Shown here piece after piece: positions 9,500 through 20,083 of a stretch of DNA of 64,000 nucleotides. The stretch is from Candidatus Latescibacterota bacterium (GTDB lineage: Bacteria > Latescibacterota > UBA2968 > GCA-2709665). The number at the start of each line of letters is the position of its first letter. Position 1 is the stretch's first letter. The notes below the pieces were generated by a model. The model made no database searches. It saw only the letters and a list, made by a program, of their open reading frames with translations, and had not been told where the DNA came from. The stretch lies in contig CAXXXF010000016.1 of assembly GCA_963667175.2 (NCBI GenBank), forward strand, positions 32,001-96,000. The letters run 5' to 3'. The translations under genes were made by a program, and so were the position numbers.

Positions 9500-10876
9500 A
9501 TGCGCGTTGATCCTTCCATACGCCTGAGGGATCTGGAAACCAGGCTGAACCGGTGCTTCGAACTTGCAGGAGGCAAGATAACCTCTATTGCCGAGACATG
9601 GGATCCCGATCACGGGGCGCCGGTGTTTACCGCAGGGGGGAAATACACCACCAGGGGCTGGACGGAATGGACGCAGGGGTTTCAGTACGGCTGTGCGATA
9701 TTGCTGTTCGACGCGCTGAGGGAAACGCGTTTCCTGGAAATCGGTCGACGAGGAACGGTCGACCGGATGCCCCCGCACCTGACACACACCGGCGTGCACG
9801 ACCACGGATTCAACAACGTTTCGACCTATGGCAATCTCAGGCGGCTGATGCTCGAAGGCGTCACCGCGGGCGATCGGTGGGAAGCGCGTTTTTACGATCT
9901 CGCCCTTAAGACCTCGGGGGCGGTCCAGGCGGCACGCTGGGCGGCGATACGAAACGGAAAGGGGTATATTCCGTCATTCAACGGCGCTCATTCTCTGTTT
10001 TCCGACACGATCCGCACCTGCCGGTCCCTGGGGCTTGCGCACGGATTGGGCCACGTGTTGATGGGGGAGAACGACCGTGCGATTTCGCTCCTTGACCGGA
10101 TGGTCCAGCACGCCGAGACGACGGCGACGTACAACGTCTATTACGGCCGGGGGCGCGATTCCTACGACGTTCGGGGTCGGGTGGCGCATGAATCGATTTT
10201 CAATGTCGCGGACGGAAACTATCGATGTCCGAGCACACAGCAGGGATACTCACCCTATTCCACCTGGACGAGGGGTCTCGCCTGGATTGTGACGGGATAC
10301 GCGGAATTGCTGGAGTTCCTTGAGGTCGTCGATGATGACGATCTTTCGGCCTGCGGCGGTCGAGACCACGTAACGGCGTTCATGACCCGGGCGGCCACCG
10401 CCGCTGCCGATTATTTCATCGACGGCGCTTCCGCGGCCGACGGCATCCCGTATTGGGATACCGGCGCCCCCGGGTTGGCCCGAATGGGAGACTATCTCGG
10501 TCGCAATGCCGATCCATTCAATGAATATGAACCCGTTGACAGTTCGGCCGCAGCGATTGCCGCACAGGGCCTTTACCGCCTGGGAAAAACCCTTGGCGCT
10601 GAAGACGGCGCGCCGTACACGCGCGCGGCCTTAACGGTCTCGCGCACGTTATTCGATTCACCGTACCTGTCGGAGGATGTCGATCACCAGGGATTGATCC
10701 TGCATTCGGTATACCACCGGCCCAACGGATGGGACCGTCGCCGGCAGGGACAAAGCGTGCCGAACGGAGAGGCTTCGATATGGGGAGACTATCACGCATT
10801 GGAACTGGCGGTGTTGTTGAAGCGTGAAATTACCGGACAGCCGTACCTGACGTTTTTCGGCAACTTCGGCGTTTGA
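9500..10876 (+). CDS. Glycoside hydrolase family 88-like (unsaturated glucuronyl hydrolase)
   Basis: EWTQGF, HDHGF, QGYSPYSTWTRGLAW, IPYWD, DSSAAAIAA, WGDY. Confidence 0.85.
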   Translation: MRVDPSIRLRDLETRLNRCFELAGGKITSIAETWDPDHGAPVFTAGGKYTTRGWTEWTQGFQYGCAILLFDALRETRFLEIGRRGTVDRMPPHLTHTGVHDHGFNNVSTYGNLRRLMLEGVTAGDRWEARFYDLALKTSGAVQAARWAAIRNGKGYIPSFNGAHSLFSDTIRTCRSLGLAHGLGHVLMGENDRAISLLDRMVQHAETTATYNVYYGRGRDSYDVRGRVAHESIFNVADGNYRCPSTQQGYSPYSTWTRGLAWIVTGYAELLEFLEVVDDDDLSACGGRDHVTAFMTRAATAAADYFIDGASAADGIPYWDTGAPGLARMGDYLGRNADPFNEYEPVDSSAAAIAAQGLYRLGKTLGAEDGAPYTRAALTVSRTLFDSPYLSEDVDHQGLILHSVYHRPNGWDRRRQGQSVPNGEASIWGDYHALELAVLLKREITGQPYLTFFGNFGV

Positions 10877-10930
10877 CGCGAACCTTCGCCGGACGTTTCG
10901 AACGCCTCACGCTTATTCAGGCGGAAGGAC

Positions 10931-11803
10931 ATGAAGCCCATTCTTGACTCAGCCGGCCCAACGACGGGGCGGATACGTCTCGCAATGCCTTTTGGATTCG
11001 TATCAGGGTTGTTCCTGGCGATCGCGTTCTGCAAGTCCCCAGTACAGGGTGGAGAATCGACCGGGTTCGATTTCGGACCCCTCGACCGTCTGTTGGGCAG
11101 GTTCGTTGATTCGCGGGGTTGGGTCGATTACGCCGGAATCAAGGCCGAGCCTTCCGACCTCCGGCGCCAGGTGGCCCGCCTTCGGGCGATTAGCCCGGAG
11201 AGCCACCCTGGCATGTTTCCCGATCGGGAAGATCGGCTGGCATATTGGATCAATGCGTACAACGCGCTGGTGATTGCGGGAGTGGTCAATTCGTATCCCG
11301 CAACCAGCGTGAAAGACATCCACCCGCAACCAGGATTCTTCAAGGTATTCCACGTCGTTGGCGGCAAGTCCCTTTCACTGGACGACATTGAACACAATAT
11401 CGTCCGAAAGGAGTTCGGAGATCCTCGCATCCATGCCGCTCTGAACTGTGCCGCGGCGTCGTGTCCCCGGTTGCGACCGGAAGCATTCATTCCCGGCCGG
11501 CTCGAGAGTCAACTGGATGCCGCCATCCGCGACTTCATCCGAAATCCGCGACACGTCATGGTGGACCGCGACAGCGAGACGCTGGTACTTTCAAAAATCC
11601 TCGACTGGTTCGAAGGTGATTTCACAGAATGGTACAAACGGGTTCACAAAGTGGAAAACGCAGCGGTCACGGATTACCTGAGGATTTACCTTGCCGAAGA
11701 AAACCGTGCCTATCTGCAATCACGCCCTCAGCTAACCATTCGATACGTGCCGTACGATTGGACGCTCAATGACCGGGCGCTGCGCGAGAACGCCGCCCGT
11801 TGA
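10931..11803 (+). CDS. DUF547 domain-containing exported protein
   Basis: GWVDY, LAYWINAYNA, SLDDIEHNI, DPRIHAALNCAAASCP, LSKILDWF, YDWTLN. Confidence 0.9.
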   Translation: MKPILDSAGPTTGRIRLAMPFGFVSGLFLAIAFCKSPVQGGESTGFDFGPLDRLLGRFVDSRGWVDYAGIKAEPSDLRRQVARLRAISPESHPGMFPDREDRLAYWINAYNALVIAGVVNSYPATSVKDIHPQPGFFKVFHVVGGKSLSLDDIEHNIVRKEFGDPRIHAALNCAAASCPRLRPEAFIPGRLESQLDAAIRDFIRNPRHVMVDRDSETLVLSKILDWFEGDFTEWYKRVHKVENAAVTDYLRIYLAEENRAYLQSRPQLTIRYVPYDWTLNDRALRENAAR

Positions 11804-11927
11804 TTCAATTGAAATGCGACGATTCGGTTCGCACGTCGTCGAATTGGCATTGTCGACTTGCACGTCGGTCACACGTGCGCCCGAGGCTTACGCACGGAAG
11901 TCTGTCGTCCACGTAAAGGAGTAGCCC

Positions 11928-12941
11928 ATGGGAGCGCCGTCGGAACTGCTGGCGATTCAACCCCGGATTCGGAACGGGGTATCCGGAAAACGCCCGTCGT
12001 TCGGAGCGCGTCTGAGGCGGGAGGGTGTCGACCTCAGGCGTGAGGCGCTGGAGACGCTTCAGATCAACGTGGGAAAACTGTGCAATCAGGCGTGCCGGCA
12101 CTGCCACGTGGATGCCGGTCCGAACCGGACCGAAGTGATGACGCGCGACACGATGCGGTCGATCCTGACGTTTCTCGCCTCGACGGATATCCCGGTCGTG
12201 GACGTTACCGGCGGCGCGCCGGAGGTGAACCCCGACTTCAGGTATCTGGTTCATCAGATCCGTGTGCTTGGACGACACGTGATGGTCCGGTGCAATCTAA
12301 CCGTGATTTTCGAACCCGGTCTGCAGGATCTGCCTGGCTTCTACCGTGAACATCAGGTGGAACTGGTGTGCTCACTCCCCTGTTATCTTGAGGAAAACGT
12401 AGACCAACAGCGTGGAAAGGGCGTATTCTACGATAGCATCGAGGCGCTGCAGCGCCTGAATGCGATCGGTTACGGACAGCCGGATTCAGGATTGCCGCTT
12501 CACCTCGTATACAATCCGGTCGGGGCCTCGCTTCCGCCGCCGCAGGCCGAACTGGAGGCGAACTATAAGCAGGTTCTTGCAGAGCGGTACGACATTTCGT
12601 TCAACCGACTCCTGACCATAACGAACATGCCGATCAGCCGGTTCAATGACTATCTGAAACGTCGGGGAGAGTACGAAGGCTACACGCAGACGTTATACGA
12701 TCATTTCAACGCCCAGACCATCGATCGCCTGATGTGCCGTTTTCTCGTGAGCGTAGATTGGGAAGGCAATATTTACGACTGCGATTTCAACCAGATGCTG
12801 GACATGCATCTGTCGGGGCGGCCGAAGAAACTGTGGGAGGTGTCGCCGGGATGGTTGGTGGACAGAAGGATCCGGATTGCCGACCATTGCTATGGTTGTA
12901 CGGCAGGGGCGGGAAGCAGTTGCGGAGGCGAACTGGCCTGA
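11928..12941 (+). CDS. arsS: Radical SAM protein of the ArsS/DUF3641 family (arsenosugar biosynthesis)
   Basis: LQINVGKLCNQACRHCHVDAGP, SLPCY, YDCDFNQML, C-terminal HCYGCTAGAGSSCGG (Cys form, no Sec). Confidence 0.9.
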   Translation: MGAPSELLAIQPRIRNGVSGKRPSFGARLRREGVDLRREALETLQINVGKLCNQACRHCHVDAGPNRTEVMTRDTMRSILTFLASTDIPVVDVTGGAPEVNPDFRYLVHQIRVLGRHVMVRCNLTVIFEPGLQDLPGFYREHQVELVCSLPCYLEENVDQQRGKGVFYDSIEALQRLNAIGYGQPDSGLPLHLVYNPVGASLPPPQAELEANYKQVLAERYDISFNRLLTITNMPISRFNDYLKRRGEYEGYTQTLYDHFNAQTIDRLMCRFLVSVDWEGNIYDCDFNQMLDMHLSGRPKKLWEVSPGWLVDRRIRIADHCYGCTAGAGSSCGGELA

Positions 12942-13027
12942 GAAGATCCGTTTCCGATTTCAGGCAATACGCAAGTGAGAGGGTCGGCCGACTCGATCGG
13001 TCGACCCCGATTTATTGCGCGCCGGAT

Positions 13028-13453
13028 TTATTCGAAACGACGCCCGCCGGTATCGAGGAACTTACGAATCCGACCGTGTATTTCGTCTCTGACCCTTCGA
13101 AAGACAGCCATCCGCTGGTCGTCGGTTCCACGTGTTTCGGCCGGGTCGTCGAAGCTCCAGTGGAGACGTGCGGTCGCGCCGTGATAAACCGGGCAGCTTT
13201 CGATTGCCCGGTCGCACACGGTGACGACAACGTCAAACGTCGGGTTCGCAAGGGTATCGGGCCCCTTCGCCTGCTGCCTCGAAATGTCGATGCCGACTTC
13301 GGCCATCGCCCTGATCGCCAGCGGATTCAGGGCGACGGGGCGGGTTCCCGCACTCGACGATTCGAAACGGTCCCCCGCGATGTGCCGGAGGAAGCCTTCC
13401 GCCATCTGACTCCTGCAGGAATTTCCCGTACAGAGGAATAAAACGCGTTTCAT
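13028..13453 (-). CDS. arsC: Thioredoxin-coupled arsenate reductase (LMW-PTP fold)
   Basis: LFLCTGNSCRSQMAEG P-loop, resolving cysteines TVC...SCP, HWSFDDP. Confidence 0.88.
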   Translation of the reverse strand: MKRVLFLCTGNSCRSQMAEGFLRHIAGDRFESSSAGTRPVALNPLAIRAMAEVGIDISRQQAKGPDTLANPTFDVVVTVCDRAIESCPVYHGATARLHWSFDDPAETRGTDDQRMAVFRRVRDEIHGRIRKFLDTGGRRFE

Positions 13454-13521
13454 GGCGCCACGTGCGCCTTTCATCCGCGGGACTCAGCCGCCCGCGGGAC
13501 CTGGAGCGATTGACGGGGGGA

Positions 13522-14769
13522 TTAACGGGCAAATGCGCGCTTGATCTTGTCCACGGCCCCTACGATGTCGTCCATGTCTTCCCGCGTGCCCAGGAGCATG
13601 GACTGATAGAACCATACGCTGTGCCGGCAGACGTGTTCAACCCGGGGACACGGCAGCCTGCGTACACGATCGGGGTATGCATCCGAGACGCTTTTCAGCG
13701 CGCCTTCGTCGGAAAGCGGTCGCTGGTAACCGGGTGTGCAGTCTATTCCTTCAGCGGAGAGGGCGCTGACGAATTCCTCTCTGCTTCGGCCGCCGAATTG
13801 ATGGGGATCGTAGAGCGTCATGTAGAGATGATACCCGTGCCGCGTTGTCCAGGGACGCGTCTCCGGTGGGGTGACGCCGCCGACACTTGTCAGTTCCCGT
13901 GTGAGATAGGCCGCGTTTCGACTTCGAACCCCGGCCTGAAGCTGCAATCGTCTGAGCCGTACCAATAGGATGGTCGCGAGGTACTCGGAGGTGCGATAGT
14001 TCCATCCGTGGCGCGGGTATTCCCATCGTTCGCCGCCGGGGCGCCGTCCGACGTCCTTGAACGCGCAGGCCCGTTCGTAAATGTACCGATGGTTGGTGAC
14101 AAGACAGCCGCCCTCCCCGACCGTCAGGTTCTTGCTGGACTGGAAGCTGAAGGCGCCGACGTGGCCCAGCGGGCCTGCCTTCCTTTCGTTGTGCTCCGCG
14201 CCGTGGGCCTGCGCGGCATCTTCGACAACCACCAGGCCGTGTTTTTCGGCGATGGCGTTCAGGGCGTCCATATCCGCGGGGTGCCCCCCCATGTGCACCG
14301 GAAGAAGGCCAACCGTCCTTCCGGTTATGGCCGCCTCTACCGCGTTTGGGTCGAGGGTAAAACTCACCGGGTCGATGTCCGCCAGCGCCAGCCTGCAACG
14401 TACCGAAAGGGCCGCGCTGGCCGTGGCGATGAAAGTATAATTCGGAATGATGATTTCCCCGCCCTCACCGAGACCGTCCAGGTCGAGCGCGCCGGCTAAG
14501 GACGCGGAAATCGCGTCGGTTCCATGCGGCATCATCAGGCCGTAGCCGGCGCCGCAATATGCCGCGAACGCCCTGCCGAACCGGTCGCTCATGCTTGCCG
14601 GAAGGCCCTCTGTCCTACCCAGATAGACTTCACGAAGGGCCGGTTCGATTTCGCTTTCCCACTCCGTTTCGGTGTTGTGGGGCCAGGAAGGCCACGGTTT
14701 CTCTTTGGGATCGCGAACGGGCGTGCCCCCGTCCACTGCCAGCCGGTTCGATGAAATTACATCTGGCAT
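13522..14769 (-). CDS. DegT/DnrJ/EryC1/StrS family aminotransferase
   Basis: YTFIATASA, PVHMGG, EDAAQAHGA, FSFQSSKNL, GEGG, GWNYR. Confidence 0.9.
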   Translation of the reverse strand: MPDVISSNRLAVDGGTPVRDPKEKPWPSWPHNTETEWESEIEPALREVYLGRTEGLPASMSDRFGRAFAAYCGAGYGLMMPHGTDAISASLAGALDLDGLGEGGEIIIPNYTFIATASAALSVRCRLALADIDPVSFTLDPNAVEAAITGRTVGLLPVHMGGHPADMDALNAIAEKHGLVVVEDAAQAHGAEHNERKAGPLGHVGAFSFQSSKNLTVGEGGCLVTNHRYIYERACAFKDVGRRPGGERWEYPRHGWNYRTSEYLATILLVRLRRLQLQAGVRSRNAAYLTRELTSVGGVTPPETRPWTTRHGYHLYMTLYDPHQFGGRSREEFVSALSAEGIDCTPGYQRPLSDEGALKSVSDAYPDRVRRLPCPRVEHVCRHSVWFYQSMLLGTREDMDDIVGAVDKIKRAFAR

Positions 14770-14906
14770 CGGATCTCCTGTGGACGCGGCGGAAAACTCC
14801 CCTCCTTATCGGAGCCCGCCGGGGTGACAAAACGGTTGCAGAAAACCCGAAGTTGCGGGCAGCGGGGGTTGCAGGAACGCGTGCGGTCGAGAGCCACCCA
14901 TTTGTA

Positions 14907-16139
14907 TCACCCGGCCACCATTTCGCAGGCGGCCGCGCGGACAAGCCGCTCTCCTTCTATCGCAAGACCGGCGTACCTGGGTTCCATGCCGCCTTCCCTG
15001 TGGGCCCGGGGGGTACTCAGATAACCGACGTCGGCGGTCGGGCCGGACAGGACGATCGTAAGTGGAGCGCGTGCCGCAGACTTGATCGCAGACGCAGTTT
15101 CAACGAAGACTTCGCCTGGAAGATGGATAATTTCAAGCCCCGATGCGGAAACACGCGTGATCGTGTAGTCCAGGGTTCGCCTGCCGGTTGCGTAATGCCT
15201 GCTGCCGTAGGCCTGAAAACGCTGAAGACCGTCCGACCGTTGCGGCGTCGACTTCAGTTCTGTCTCGACGGCATCCGGATCTTCGTGCGAAAACGTGGGC
15301 AACCGAATGGTCTTCTGCGAGACACCGAAGTTCCCGGAACCGTTCGTGCCCGCCTGTTCCAACGCGTAGAGTGCCGCTCCTCCGACGCTGTGGCCCACGC
15401 GCTTATGGGTCCGACCGGCGCGGCTGACGGGTACCACGTTTCCTATACTTCCTGGCAGAAACAGCGTACTGAGACCCGCCGCCTCGACCACGTGCCGGGC
15501 GACGCCGGGATAGTCGGCGGAGACGTGCCCGTACTTGTCGGTGTTGCAAAGTGCGTGGCACCCGAATACGATGGCGCAACGGATGGGATTGCCTTCCAGG
15601 TCGTCAATTCGGAGCACGTAGACATTGTCGTCCACCTCGTCATAGGTCAGTTCCGGACGAGGATACGGAAACTTGAAATTGCTCATCACCAGATTGCCGT
15701 CCCGGTCGTATGAGCGCCGGTTGTACAGGACGTTGGGAGCGGAACTGGCGCCAGCGCCCAATCGGGAGGGCGCCATGGCCCGGGCGGCTTTGCGGATGGC
15801 CGCCGCCATGTTTTCCGCGAAAAAATCCTCCCTGCCGTAGTACTTGAGCGCTTCGCACGGAATGTTGACGTAGGATTGGAATAAAATCGGCGTGGTGCCC
15901 ACGTGGGAAGCGCAGGGCAGGACGTGGTTCAGATTCAGCCAGGCGATATCCCGGAGTCGTTCCCTGACCCGAGCCATGATATCCTCTTCGATGCTGAAAC
16001 AATCTCCTGCCAGAAAGGTGACGTTGGTGTCCTGGTCGCGCAGGATCAGGGCGCGGAAGGAGATCGGATCGTACACGCGGAACGAGCCGTCGAGCGGTTC
16101 CTGTGGCGTAAAATCCTGGATGCCAAAGCCGGTTTCCAT
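14907..16139 (-). CDS. Neutral/alkaline ceramidase-like hypothetical hydrolase
   Basis: DP.ALIL, ASH, NRR, FGCHA, SADYPG, PGSIGN, LPGEVF; start codon uncertain. Confidence 0.6.
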   Translation of the reverse strand: METGFGIQDFTPQEPLDGSFRVYDPISFRALILRDQDTNVTFLAGDCFSIEEDIMARVRERLRDIAWLNLNHVLPCASHVGTTPILFQSYVNIPCEALKYYGREDFFAENMAAAIRKAARAMAPSRLGAGASSAPNVLYNRRSYDRDGNLVMSNFKFPYPRPELTYDEVDDNVYVLRIDDLEGNPIRCAIVFGCHALCNTDKYGHVSADYPGVARHVVEAAGLSTLFLPGSIGNVVPVSRAGRTHKRVGHSVGGAALYALEQAGTNGSGNFGVSQKTIRLPTFSHEDPDAVETELKSTPQRSDGLQRFQAYGSRHYATGRRTLDYTITRVSASGLEIIHLPGEVFVETASAIKSAARAPLTIVLSGPTADVGYLSTPRAHREGGMEPRYAGLAIEGERLVRAAACEMVAG

Positions 16140-16409
16140 CACGTCGGGCCTCCACGGCAACGGTTGACGTAGGAAAGCGGTCAATTGATAGGGTAAGTTT
16201 CACGGAGCGTCAAGCGTTTTCCGGCCGTGCATACGCTCGCGGGCGGCGGACCTTGACGTATCCGCGGGGATGGGTTACATTATTGGTTTGTCCACGCCCG
16301 CGTACGGGTTTCGCGTCGCCTTGAAACGCCGCGTGAGCGCGCGACGAACGGTTCCCGTCCACCTGGGGATTGCGGCGGATTCCGTACGAGGCGAAGCACG
16401 GGAGATGAA

Positions 16410-19277
16410 ATGCAGGCCCTGATTTCGGCACTTGAAAGAGAACTGTCCGGCGAAGTCCGGTTCGATCGGGCGTCGCGGATCCTGTACAGCACCGATGCAA
16501 GCATGTATCAGATTGAGCCGGTCGGGGTCGTCCTGCCCAGGCATCGGCAGGACGTCCTGCGGGTCATGCGCCTCGCCGGGGAGTTCGGTGTGCCGGTGCT
16601 GCCGCGCGGCGGCGGCACGGCGCTTGCGGGGCAATGCGTTGGCCCGGCGGTGATTATGGATCTGTCCAAATACATGAATGAAATCCTCGAACTGAACGAG
16701 GACGAGGGATGGGTGCGGGTACAGCCCGGCGTGGTACTGGACGAGTTGAACTCGTTCCTGAAGCCCCATGGTCTCCAGTTCGCCCCGGACGTGGCGACGA
16801 GCAGCCGGGCGACGATCGGGGGAATGATCGGCAACAATTCGGCGGGCGCCCATTCGGTCATTTACGGCAAGACCATCGACCACGTACTTGAACTCACCGT
16901 GGCCCTCGCGGACGGTACGGAAACCCGGTTCGCGGACATGTCGGACGAGGAAGTCGCCGGGAAGACGAAACAGACGGACCTGGAGGGGCGGGCATACCGG
17001 GAAGTCGCCCGGCTTGCCCGGCGGCACCGCGCTGAAATCGAACGGAAGTACCCGAAGATTCTGAGACGGGTGGGCGGCTATAACCTGGATGAATTCACGA
17101 AGCCACAGACCTTTAATCTGTCCCGTATGATCGTGGGATCGGAGGGCACCCTGGCCACGGTCCTGGAAGCCAGGCTGCGGGTGATTCCACTACCGCGCGC
17201 CAGGGTACTGGGGGTTGTGCAATTCGAGGACCTGATCGACTCCATGCGTGCGGTCGCGCCAATTCTCGAAACCGGACCCGCGGCCGTGGAACTGGTGGAC
17301 CGCATGATTCTGGAGCAGACCAAAGGCTCGATTGCGTTGTCCGGGGCGCGCGGGTGGGTTGAAGGAGACCCCAAAGCCGTACTCGTGGTGGAATATTTCG
17401 ACGACTCGACGGACCAACTGGCATCGCGCCTGGATGCACTCGAGGCCGCCATGTCGCAGCACGGGCTCGGCTATGGATTCCGACGGGCCGTGTCAGCCGA
17501 AGAACAGGCGAACGTGTGGAACGTCCGCCGGTCGGGTCTCGGATTGCTGATGGGCGTCAAGGGGGATACGAAACCGGTGGCCTTCGTGGAGGATTCCGCC
17601 GTTTCACCCGAAAGGCTTCCGGATTACATCGGCGATTTCGAGCGGATTGTGCGCGAGCACGATACGACCGCCGGCTATTACGCGCACGCCAGCGTGGGAT
17701 TGCTGCACATCCGTCCGATGGTGAATCTGAAAACAGCGGCCGGCGTGGCCAAAATGCGGTCGATCGCAGAGGCAGTACGCGAACTCGTGCTGAGATATGG
17801 CGGCGCGATGAGCGGCGAACACGGGGACGGTCTCGCCCGCAGTTGCTGGAACGAGAGGGTATTCGGGTCCACGCTCTACAATGCGTTCCGGGAGATCAAA
17901 CGCGCATTCGATCCGCGTGGTCTGATGAATCCGGGAAAGATCGTGGATGCGCCTATGATGACGGAAAATCTGAGGTTCGGTTCCGAATACCGCGCACATG
18001 AGCCTCGCACCCACTTCGACTTTTCCGCCGACGGGGGATTTCACCGGGCGGTCGAACTGTGCAACGGCGTGGGCGCCTGCCGGAAGAAGCTCCACGGGAC
18101 AATGTGCCCTTCCTACATGGCAACACTTGACGAGGCCCATTCCACACGCGGACGGGCGAACGCGCTCCGTGCGGCCATCTCCGGCGGACTCGAGGACGGC
18201 CTCGCCGACGAACGGGTCTACGAAATCCTGGACCTGTGTCTGGAGTGCAAGGCGTGCAAGTCGGAGTGCCCGTCCAACGTGGACATGGCCAAGATCAAAT
18301 ACGAATTCCTCGCACACTATTACGAAACGCGTGGAAGGCCGTTGCGGGAGTGGCTCTTCGGCAATATCGAAACGCTGAACCGCGCCGGGTGCGCACTGGC
18401 GCCACTGTCGAATTGGTTTGCCGACACCCCGATTGCCAGACTTGGGCTTCAGTTCCTCGGCATCGCGCCGGAACGGGCATTGCCCCGGTTCGCATCCCAG
18501 ACGTTTACGGATTGGTTTTCGCGGCGCGAAAAGCGGCCGCGCGAGCGGAAAGTGGTGCTGTTCAACGACACGTACCTCACGTTCAACGAACCCGAAATCG
18601 GCATTTCCGCCACGCGTTTTCTGGAGGCCGCGGGATATGAGGTGCTTCTGCCGGCAAAGCGGTGTTGCGGAAGGCCGCTCCTGTCCAGTGGCATGATCGA
18701 GCAGGTCAAGGAAAATCTGGAATTCAACGTGCGCCACCTCCATGCATACGTCACGCAGGGGTACGATATCGTGGGCTTCGAACCCAGTTGCGTCTCGATG
18801 CTGACGGACGATTACCCCGATCTGAACGCGGATCCCCGCGTCCGGGAGGTGTCGGAGAAGTGTTATACGCTGGAGTCATATCTGAGTCGGCTGGCGCGAC
18901 GCGGGGAACTCCACGTGACGTTTACGGAACTGAAGAAGCGGATCCTGGTCCACGGGCACTGCCATCAGAAAGCGCTCTGGGGCATGGCGCCTTCGCTCGA
19001 GGCATTGAATCTCCCCCCAGGATTCTCGGCATCGGCCATTGATTCGGCCTGCTGCGGAATGGCCGGCGCATTCGGTTACCAGGCGGAGCATTACGACGTT
19101 TCGTTGAAAATGGGGGAAGACCGGCTATTGAACGTCGTGCGTCGGGCGGGCCCGGAAACGGAGATCGCCGCATCCGGTCTGTCGTGTCGGCAGCAGATCA
19201 ACCATGCAACCGGACGGACAGCGCGTCATCCCATTCAGATTCTGTGGGAGGCGGTGGCGCCCGATGGCGAAGAATGA
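16410..19277 (+). CDS. FAD-linked oxidase fused to 4Fe-4S/CCG domains (YdiJ, GlcD-GlcF type)
   Basis: YSTDASMY, PRGGGT, GSEGTL, GEHGDG, CNGVGAC, CLECKAC, CCG motifs. Confidence 0.9.
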   Translation: MQALISALERELSGEVRFDRASRILYSTDASMYQIEPVGVVLPRHRQDVLRVMRLAGEFGVPVLPRGGGTALAGQCVGPAVIMDLSKYMNEILELNEDEGWVRVQPGVVLDELNSFLKPHGLQFAPDVATSSRATIGGMIGNNSAGAHSVIYGKTIDHVLELTVALADGTETRFADMSDEEVAGKTKQTDLEGRAYREVARLARRHRAEIERKYPKILRRVGGYNLDEFTKPQTFNLSRMIVGSEGTLATVLEARLRVIPLPRARVLGVVQFEDLIDSMRAVAPILETGPAAVELVDRMILEQTKGSIALSGARGWVEGDPKAVLVVEYFDDSTDQLASRLDALEAAMSQHGLGYGFRRAVSAEEQANVWNVRRSGLGLLMGVKGDTKPVAFVEDSAVSPERLPDYIGDFERIVREHDTTAGYYAHASVGLLHIRPMVNLKTAAGVAKMRSIAEAVRELVLRYGGAMSGEHGDGLARSCWNERVFGSTLYNAFREIKRAFDPRGLMNPGKIVDAPMMTENLRFGSEYRAHEPRTHFDFSADGGFHRAVELCNGVGACRKKLHGTMCPSYMATLDEAHSTRGRANALRAAISGGLEDGLADERVYEILDLCLECKACKSECPSNVDMAKIKYEFLAHYYETRGRPLREWLFGNIETLNRAGCALAPLSNWFADTPIARLGLQFLGIAPERALPRFASQTFTDWFSRREKRPRERKVVLFNDTYLTFNEPEIGISATRFLEAAGYEVLLPAKRCCGRPLLSSGMIEQVKENLEFNVRHLHAYVTQGYDIVGFEPSCVSMLTDDYPDLNADPRVREVSEKCYTLESYLSRLARRGELHVTFTELKKRILVHGHCHQKALWGMAPSLEALNLPPGFSASAIDSACCGMAGAFGYQAEHYDVSLKMGEDRLLNVVRRAGPETEIAASGLSCRQQINHATGRTARHPIQILWEAVAPDGEE

Positions 19278-19555
19278 GCGCCCGTCGACGGGTTTATGTA
19301 CGGGTAACGGGCGTTGTTCAGGGAGTGGGTTTTCGTTTCTTCGTGTGTCGCGAGGCGCGGAAGATGGGCCTCGTCGGGTACGTGCGCAATCGCCCCGACG
19401 GGAGTGTGGAGCTCGAGGCGGAAGGGGAGTCTTCCTGCGTATCGGCTCTCGTCGATACGGTCGGCAGAGGTCCTCCGGGCGCTCGAGTCGGGAAGACATC
19501 GGTACATTCACGACCTGTTGACGGGTCCGAAACCGGATTTGACATCCGGTGGTAG
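19274..19555 (+). CDS. acyP: Acylphosphatase
   Basis: VTGVVQGVGFR, GYVRNRPDGSVE, GPP. Confidence 0.92.
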   Translation: MSARRRVYVRVTGVVQGVGFRFFVCREARKMGLVGYVRNRPDGSVELEAEGESSCVSALVDTVGRGPPGARVGKTSVHSRPVDGSETGFDIRW

Positions 19556-19570
19556 AAAGCGGGGCACATC

Positions 19571-20083
19571 GTGGATCTAATGAGTTATATTCGTGAAGTA
19601 CCGGATTTCCCGAAACCGGGTATTCTGTTCAAGGATATCACAACGCTCCTGAAAGAGCCCGCGGCGCTCGATGCCGTCGTTCGACGGCTTGCGGACCCGT
19701 ACCGGAACGCGGACGTGTCACTTGTGGCCGGGATCGAATCCAGGGGTTTCATCCTCGGGGCGGCCGTGGCCCGGGATCTGGCCGCGGGATTCGTGCCCAT
19801 TCGAAAATCCGGAAAATTGCCCGCAGAGACGGCTTCGGTGAGTTATGCGCTTGAATACGGCGCCGACAGCATTGAAATTCATACCGACGCGATCGTTCCC
19901 GGTCAGCGTGTACTCCTCCTGGACGATCTGCTGGCGACCGGCGGCACCATGGAGGCCGCGGTCAAACTCGTGAAGGGTCTCCGCGCCCGGGTCGTGGGTA
20001 TCGCATTTCTGATCGAATTGACCGCGCTCGACGGGCGCTCCAGATTGACGGGAGAAAACGTGATGGCGCTGGTTGCCGGATAA
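19571..20083 (+). CDS. apt: Adenine phosphoribosyltransferase
   Basis: PDFPKPGILFKDIT, ESRGF, LEYG, DDLLATGGT. Confidence 0.96.
   Translation: MDLMSYIREVPDFPKPGILFKDITTLLKEPAALDAVVRRLADPYRNADVSLVAGIESRGFILGAAVARDLAAGFVPIRKSGKLPAETASVSYALEYGADSIEIHTDAIVPGQRVLLLDDLLATGGTMEAAVKLVKGLRARVVGIAFLIELTALDGRSRLTGENVMALVAG

Noticed and set aside
11845-11862. TGGCAT...TTGCA upstream of arsS as a sigma54 promoter
   Set aside because: The GG-to-GC spacing is 2 nt too long
12915-12941. Possible selenocysteine in the ArsS C-terminal SSxGG motif
   Set aside because: The codon is TGC (Cys), and the TGA at 12939-41 is a normal stop after the conserved end
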